Shown: one piece after another, positions 37,185 through 42,093 of the stretch
Position numbering within the stretch: the first letter of the stretch is position 1
Layout: every line of letters begins with the position of its first letter
From: an uncultured archaeon
GTDB taxonomy: Archaea; Altiarchaeota; Altiarchaeia; JAFGQM01
Direction of reading: 5' to 3'
Assembly (NCBI GenBank): GCA_964592405.1
Contig: CAZQBY010000002.1
Coordinates: 15,317-57,409, forward strand
DNA: 42,093 nt
Program-made: the position numbers and the translations under genes
Notes under the pieces: model-generated
What the model saw: only the letters and a program-made list of their open reading frames with translations
Database searches by the model: none
Told to the model about the DNA's origin: nothing

Positions 37185-37502
37185 TTAAAAAGACTGAAAT
37201 CGGTCGCGCCTCCGTCTTCGCAGCGCATTTTTAGCCGCTCTGACCAGCCCAGGATGCCTGTAGCCAACCTCCTTCCTGTACTTCCAATAATCCCGCATGG
37301 TACCTATTGCAGTCCTTTTATTCCTCCGCAGTGTGCGATTCCTGACCAAACCGAGACTCCTGCCCTTCCTCTCCCCCTGTCGCTCTCTTGCAAGCTCGCC
37401 CCTGAGTTTCCTCGTTTCACGCCTCCCATCCAGAATCTTGTTTCCACGAAATACCCTAGGTCTGCCGGGCTGACGGTTGGGATCTTGATGTCTTTTTGAC
37501 AT
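37185..37502 (-). CDS. Hypothetical extremely basic protein (28 Arg + 8 Lys in 105 aa)
   Basis: Fills the gap between co-oriented genes; protamine-like composition. Confidence 0.6.
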   Translation of the reverse strand: MSKRHQDPNRQPGRPRVFRGNKILDGRRETRKLRGELARERQGERKGRSLGLVRNRTLRRNKRTAIGTMRDYWKYRKEVGYRHPGLVRAAKNALRRRRRDRFQSF

Positions 37503-37528
37503 ATCAGGACATAGATTGAGGAAGGATT

Positions 37529-38323
37529 TTAATAAATGCGGGTCTTCCCGTTGTCTATAACTGTAAGTTTTGCAACAGAAAACAGCTCCAGCGGACAGTT
37601 AGCTACACAACCAGTCTCACGCATGACTGTCTCAAACTTCTGGTCAGCAAAGCCAGCATTTTTGGTGACAATGGGCTCGAACTCGCGGAAACCCTTGAAA
37701 TCGCCGATTAGGGTTACATGACCATTAAACCTTATAGCATCATTGAGTCCTATCCCCGGATTGTCCGTCTCTAGGGGTGCAATCACCCTGCTAATTGCCT
37801 TTGAGATCCTCACCCCATTCAAATCAGTGAGAAACATTAGTCTGAAAAGCACTATTTCTATTGCGCGCGCCGGGACGTTTATGTATTGGGCTTCAGAAGC
37901 CTCATCAGTCAGGAGTATCTCCGCCCCTTTGAGACCATTTTCCACCATCTCATTGATGATGCTGGTTGGAGATGCACTGCCTTCAACACAGGCAATGTCC
38001 GGTAGCTTTGGGACACTCCCGAAATCGAGCATATCATAGATAAATGAAGGCTTTCTGACCTTCATCCTCAGCGGCCCGCTTATCATGGTGCCCTCCTCCA
38101 GCGTCCATCCGGCAAGCTGACAGCCAAGGGTGGCCAGAACCGGGTGGCTTGTGGATGTTGTAACAATCAGCCTCCCATCCCTCAGGGTGTGTTGAACCTG
38201 TCCAAGAAAGCCCATGGATGCCTCAGCAAAGACCTTGCCCATCTCCAAGCTGTTGGCCCTCCATATGGGAAAGGTCCTTGTGCCTTCCGGGTGCTCCCTG
38301 ATTAGCTCAGAAATCTTCGGCAT
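37529..38323 (-). CDS. Divergent methenyltetrahydromethanopterin cyclohydrolase-like protein
   Basis: AEASMG, TSHPVLATLGCQLAGW, SGPLR..RKP, ARAIE, NDAIRFNG and LFSVA are collinear with Mch motifs; shorter than typical Mch. Confidence 0.78.
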   Translation of the reverse strand: MPKISELIREHPEGTRTFPIWRANSLEMGKVFAEASMGFLGQVQHTLRDGRLIVTTSTSHPVLATLGCQLAGWTLEEGTMISGPLRMKVRKPSFIYDMLDFGSVPKLPDIACVEGSASPTSIINEMVENGLKGAEILLTDEASEAQYINVPARAIEIVLFRLMFLTDLNGVRISKAISRVIAPLETDNPGIGLNDAIRFNGHVTLIGDFKGFREFEPIVTKNAGFADQKFETVMRETGCVANCPLELFSVAKLTVIDNGKTRIY

Positions 38324-38352
38324 CGTATAGTTAGGTGATTTGTGATATAAAT

Positions 38353-39405
38353 CTACCTAACCCTAAAGGCTATGAATATTACAAGTATCAGTAGCACCAC
38401 CATGCCTCCTAAAAGCATAAGGGAGGTGCCACTCATCACAACAGCTCCAGTGGGTGCCGACTCTCCTCCCGGAGTCGGCTCCGGCTCAGGAGCCGGATTA
38501 CACTCACTGAAGCAGGTTGAGGGGCAATCGGCAGCCCCGCTTACCACCCCCTGTCCGCCATACTCGCAGCACTCGCCCCCTCTCTGCTCACAGGTGTAAA
38601 TCACATCCGGGATTGGAGTCTGACAGGTGCCACAGTCCTGGGGACATGAGGAGCATGACTCGCTTGGACTACACCGTCCGTCGCCGCATCTCACGCAGGT
38701 GCCACAGTCCTGAGGGCATGTAGCACAGCTCTCTCCAGCATTGCAGATTCCGTCGCCACAATAATTCCTTGGACAGTCCTGGGGACAGTTGCAATAGTTT
38801 TCACCTATCCCGCAGATACCATTACCGCAGCGCGTACAGATGCTGGATCCAACCACTGGTGTGGAAGGACAAACGCCCCTTGAGTCCGGGGAAACAGTAC
38901 TTATTGGTGTTAGTCCTGCACAGCAGATGCCGCCACCGGGATATGTCCCTATCATCTGGCCCTCGCCAGAACATGTGATAATGCGACAGTCTTGGGGACA
39001 GTTGTATGCATTCTCACCCGCAGTGCATCTGCCGTCCCCACAGTAGCGCGGATAATAGTAGGGGCGCACATAAACCCTGATTTCATCAGTCTCAGTATCG
39101 CCCTCAGTGTCATAAACTTTGACCTTATAGGTGTGGTAGCCATAAATGGTTTCATAGACATCAAAATATGTGGCACATTCCTCCTCCTCATCGCAGTCCT
39201 TGGTTTCCTCTAGGCTGCCATCCGTATAGAATTTTATCCTATCTATACCATCAGCGTCTTCTGCACGCACATAGATATCAAAATAGGTGCCTATGTATGG
39301 GTTATTGGGCACAGCATACAGCGCCTCTATCTCCGGATCTGCAGCTAATACGCTAGCAGTAGACAAAATCAGTGCAAATATCACAATAAGAGCCTTTCTG
39401 GTCAT
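38353..39405 (-). CDS. Secreted, C-terminally anchored protein with Ig-like domain and CGDG..C...E.C..CPQDC repeats
   Basis: Signal peptide MTRKALIV...VLA; four Cys-rich repeats; PEPEPTP linker; PTGAVV followed by a TM helix and RVR. Confidence 0.88.
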   Translation of the reverse strand: MTRKALIVIFALILSTASVLAADPEIEALYAVPNNPYIGTYFDIYVRAEDADGIDRIKFYTDGSLEETKDCDEEEECATYFDVYETIYGYHTYKVKVYDTEGDTETDEIRVYVRPYYYPRYCGDGRCTAGENAYNCPQDCRIITCSGEGQMIGTYPGGGICCAGLTPISTVSPDSRGVCPSTPVVGSSICTRCGNGICGIGENYCNCPQDCPRNYCGDGICNAGESCATCPQDCGTCVRCGDGRCSPSESCSSCPQDCGTCQTPIPDVIYTCEQRGGECCEYGGQGVVSGAADCPSTCFSECNPAPEPEPTPGGESAPTGAVVMSGTSLMLLGGMVVLLILVIFIAFRVR

Positions 39406-39551
39406 CTTACACCCCGGCAACTCTATAAGTAAGCACACCCATTATAGTCTCCTATCTATCCAAGAAAAAATATAAAAAACATAAGAAAGTAAAAAGAAAG
39501 TAAAAAAGTAAGAAAAAAACCCAAGGAAGTGGATGCAATAGCTGTAGATAA

Positions 39552-39815
39552 TCAGGGAGGGATGGGGGGTGGTTCTATGGCATTGGAATCTGCAAAGATA
39601 TCTGTCAGCCCCCCATCCGTCCAATTGTCCTGAGGTTCTTCCAGCGGCATGCCTGATACCTCGGTTTCCCCAGATGGGAGAGAGGGGAGATTGCCTACAG
39701 AATCTCCGGTCTCACCCGGTTCCCCTATCTTTGGAGCCCCCCTGTTTAACAGCATTCCACCTGTAAATGCACAGACCACTATTAATACAGCCAGCACAAG
39801 TATCTTTTTGTCCAT
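39552..39815 (-). CDS. Small membrane-anchored acidic/Pro-rich protein
   Basis: N-terminal TM helix; TAATG overlap with the upstream gene; ends IEPPPIPP. Confidence 0.7.
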   Translation of the reverse strand: MDKKILVLAVLIVVCAFTGGMLLNRGAPKIGEPGETGDSVGNLPSLPSGETEVSGMPLEEPQDNWTDGGLTDIFADSNAIEPPPIPP

Positions 39816-42093
39816 TATTCAGGTAGCGACGGGGGTGTGATTATGGCACCCCAACCAAAACTGCAATCATCTTCCACTTTAGCCACAAACCCATAATACA
39901 GCATTGCATCTGTGAGCCTCCTGTTTGCATCCAGAGGTTCCCATGCCTGAGCATTTGGGTTCCAATAATATACTTTCTCAAAGCTACAGTCTCCCCCAAC
40001 ATCATTCAGTGAGTTGCCCTCCATATCCTGAGTTACTGGCACGAAATTCCAGCCATCCTCCAGACTCAGGTCATTGAAGCTCGCTGCGTCTTCAAGCCTG
40101 AATGTCATTGCACAGTTCCTGTATGAGTATACCCAGAAGGAGTGCGTTTTTAGATATTCCTTCAGTCGGGCTTCGCCCATTATGTGTGTGGCCTCCTGGA
40201 TAGTTACATAGCGCTCCTCACTCTTCAGATAAACAAATGCGTTGAGTTTGTCCATACTGGAGCATGTTCCCCTAGAAAGCTCACCATCCCCCGGGAGTGC
40301 TATCAAATTCCAGCCCTGTGACAGCCCGATCTCCACCTCATCTGAGGGGGGTGGTGGGGGCGGATTATATAAAATGTTCAGCAGTGCATATGCAGTGTCT
40401 TGGGAATTTTCTTCTCCAGATACGGTTACCCTGAACCTGTATGCCCTGCCATTGGCAATCAGGTCGGGAGCCACTTTGATTTTCTCTGCCGAAGCCGAGG
40501 CCGCATTGATTATCCTAATCTCATTCTGCACTTGGGCCTGTGGGGCCTCTGCCGCCCGCAGGGTCTCCTGTGTCTGCTCCATCACAGCATAGCCATAGGA
40601 TGTGTAGACATACAATAGTATGCTTTTCTCCTCACCTGCCCCCACCTCTACTTGGGAATCATACTCCAAGTTAAAAGGGAGATCATGCACTCTTATCTGG
40701 TAGGTATAGTGGGGCATCCCTCCGGGCATTAATTGTTTGTCTTTTGGGTGTTTATCTCTTATGATTATTTCATACTTCGCAGTTTCACCCAGCTCGACGC
40801 TCTGCCTGCTGGGCTCCACCTTGACATCTACATAATCCTCACCACCCTCTCTTGAGACAACAAAAATTGCCCTATCCTCGTCCAAGTCCAAGAGCGATAT
40901 TTTTGTTTCGTAGACATAAGCGCTCTCGCCCTCCTGTATCCTCACCTGTGTCTCTTCATAGTCTTTTACATCTATGCCTGCCGGAAGTGGCAGTCTCACT
41001 GTCACAATAGCAGAACCTCTGGCATTCAGACACTTGACAATCCCCTCGGAATTAGAATTCAAAGTCTGGGCCTCTTCAACAACGGCACACTTCGGATACA
41101 CAATGTTGTCCAGCGTCAGCCTGATGTTGTATGGATGGTCTATAACGACAGCAGACTGCTCTATGCCAAGGTCAAACTTCTTGTTCATGCGGACATACTT
41201 TGTTTCTGAGCTGCGATGGACATAGAACTTGGTCTCCGCCCTCTTCTTGAAGTCGTCTCCCTCGGCGTAGGCAATTATGTAATAAGCGCCCTCTTGGTTC
41301 ACATTTATTCTGTTCTCGAACTGGCATGATACAGTAGATGGAGGACATTCACACTCCGTCCCCGGTGGACAGTTACATGCAGAACCTGTGCATACCGTAC
41401 TTTCAAGCCTCAGTTTTTGCGAGACTCCGCTAGAATATTCTACAATCGCCCAGACATCAGCATCCTCAATTCCCTGAGATTGGTAACCGGAGAGCGAAGC
41501 GGTTATCCTCGCCCTATCGCCCACACGGTATTCCTGCTTATCTGTGTAGACACGGAACTGCACCTCAGGATGTGCACCGGAGTAGACATAGAACTTGGTC
41601 TCCGCCCTCTTCTCAAATCCGCTGCCCTTGGCATAAGCAGTTATGTAATAAGCGCCCTCCTGACCGGCTGTTATACTGCCCTCATAGTAGCAGGAGGTAG
41701 GGGGGCAATTGCATACCTCGCCCTCGACACACATGCACGCCACAGCTGCGCAGAGGCCCTTGCCGAAATCTATCTCGCCGACCTCGCCGTTTGGGTATTC
41801 CACAACCGCCCAGACATCCGCCTTGTGGTATGGACTGGTAAGCTTTGCAGATATCTTTACACGGCTCCCTACAGGGTATTCGGCCCTATCGGTGGACACG
41901 CCAAAAGACACATCGTTCCCATCAGGGCAGGGCGCAAAATTGCATTTGGGAGGAACCCTGCCAACATAGGTGCCATCCGGACACCGCTTTACATCCATTG
42001 GGCAAGCGCCCGTGTCGTTCAAATCGCCCGTGTCGTTCAAAGCGCCCGTGTCGTTCAAAGCGCCCGTGTCGTTCAAAGCGCCCGTGTCGTTCA
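39815..42093 (-). CDS. Large Cys-rich surface protein (5' end outside the window)
   Basis: Frame open at the window edge. LNDTGA repeats, CPMDVKRCPDG..CP module, two 122-aa TD..Y..G Ig-like repeats, GWNLIALP/GWNFVP modules; ends ITPPSLPE. Confidence 0.88.
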   Translation of the reverse strand, partial: NDTGALNDTGALNDTGALNDTGDLNDTGACPMDVKRCPDGTYVGRVPPKCNFAPCPDGNDVSFGVSTDRAEYPVGSRVKISAKLTSPYHKADVWAVVEYPNGEVGEIDFGKGLCAAVACMCVEGEVCNCPPTSCYYEGSITAGQEGAYYITAYAKGSGFEKRAETKFYVYSGAHPEVQFRVYTDKQEYRVGDRARITASLSGYQSQGIEDADVWAIVEYSSGVSQKLRLESTVCTGSACNCPPGTECECPPSTVSCQFENRINVNQEGAYYIIAYAEGDDFKKRAETKFYVHRSSETKYVRMNKKFDLGIEQSAVVIDHPYNIRLTLDNIVYPKCAVVEEAQTLNSNSEGIVKCLNARGSAIVTVRLPLPAGIDVKDYEETQVRIQEGESAYVYETKISLLDLDEDRAIFVVSREGGEDYVDVKVEPSRQSVELGETAKYEIIIRDKHPKDKQLMPGGMPHYTYQIRVHDLPFNLEYDSQVEVGAGEEKSILLYVYTSYGYAVMEQTQETLRAAEAPQAQVQNEIRIINAASASAEKIKVAPDLIANGRAYRFRVTVSGEENSQDTAYALLNILYNPPPPPPSDEVEIGLSQGWNLIALPGDGELSRGTCSSMDKLNAFVYLKSEERYVTIQEATHIMGEARLKEYLKTHSFWVYSYRNCAMTFRLEDAASFNDLSLEDGWNFVPVTQDMEGNSLNDVGGDCSFEKVYYWNPNAQAWEPLDANRRLTDAMLYYGFVAKVEDDCSFGWGAIITPPSLPE
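42004..42093. repeat. 18-bp tandem repeat, at least 5 copies, running off the window end
   Basis: AAGCGCCCGTGTCGTTCA five times (copy 2 has G>T), encoding LNDTGA on the minus strand. Confidence 0.95.

Noticed and set aside
39442-39624. 60-aa Phe-rich minus-strand ORF
   Set aside because: It is the translation of a T-rich intergenic, terminator-like tract and overlaps the 87-aa gene.
42004-42093. Possible CRISPR array
   Set aside because: Units are head-to-tail with no spacers, 18 bp long and in frame within a CDS.

Overview
Archaeal chromosomal window. Archaeal markers are PolD DP2, Orc1/Cdc6, L30e, archaeal NusA, AroA'/AroB' and phosphopantothenate synthetase. The surface proteins and many basic orphans look DPANN-like, but the taxon is only inferred. 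The housekeeping backbone holds RNase J, tRNA-Cys(GCA), mevalonate kinase, PEP synthase, TtuA/NcsA, Cdc6, DP2, a bacterial-type GAPDH, aroA'-aroB'-aroD, PPS, NMN adenylyltransferase, gatCA, split fumarase plus mdh, L30e-nusA, an M42 peptidase, RNase Z and queD. There is also a GC-rich three-gene acyl-CoA module and a divergent Mch-like gene. About ten orphan genes for very Arg/Lys-rich proteins with basic N- and/or C-terminal tails, two of them ankyrin proteins, are interspersed between these genes. One group interrupts the aro operon and is partly bracketed by a ~40-bp direct repeat, and two orphans are broken by a +1 frameshift at a stop codon. Other features are an unannotated box C/D sRNA upstream of DP2, a collapsed toxin-antitoxin remnant, several short tandem duplications and an AT-rich repeat-bearing left end. 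The right end is a cluster of Cys-rich surface proteins that runs off the window in an 18-bp repeat encoding N-glycosylation sequons. All calls come from motif recognition by eye; no database search was run.
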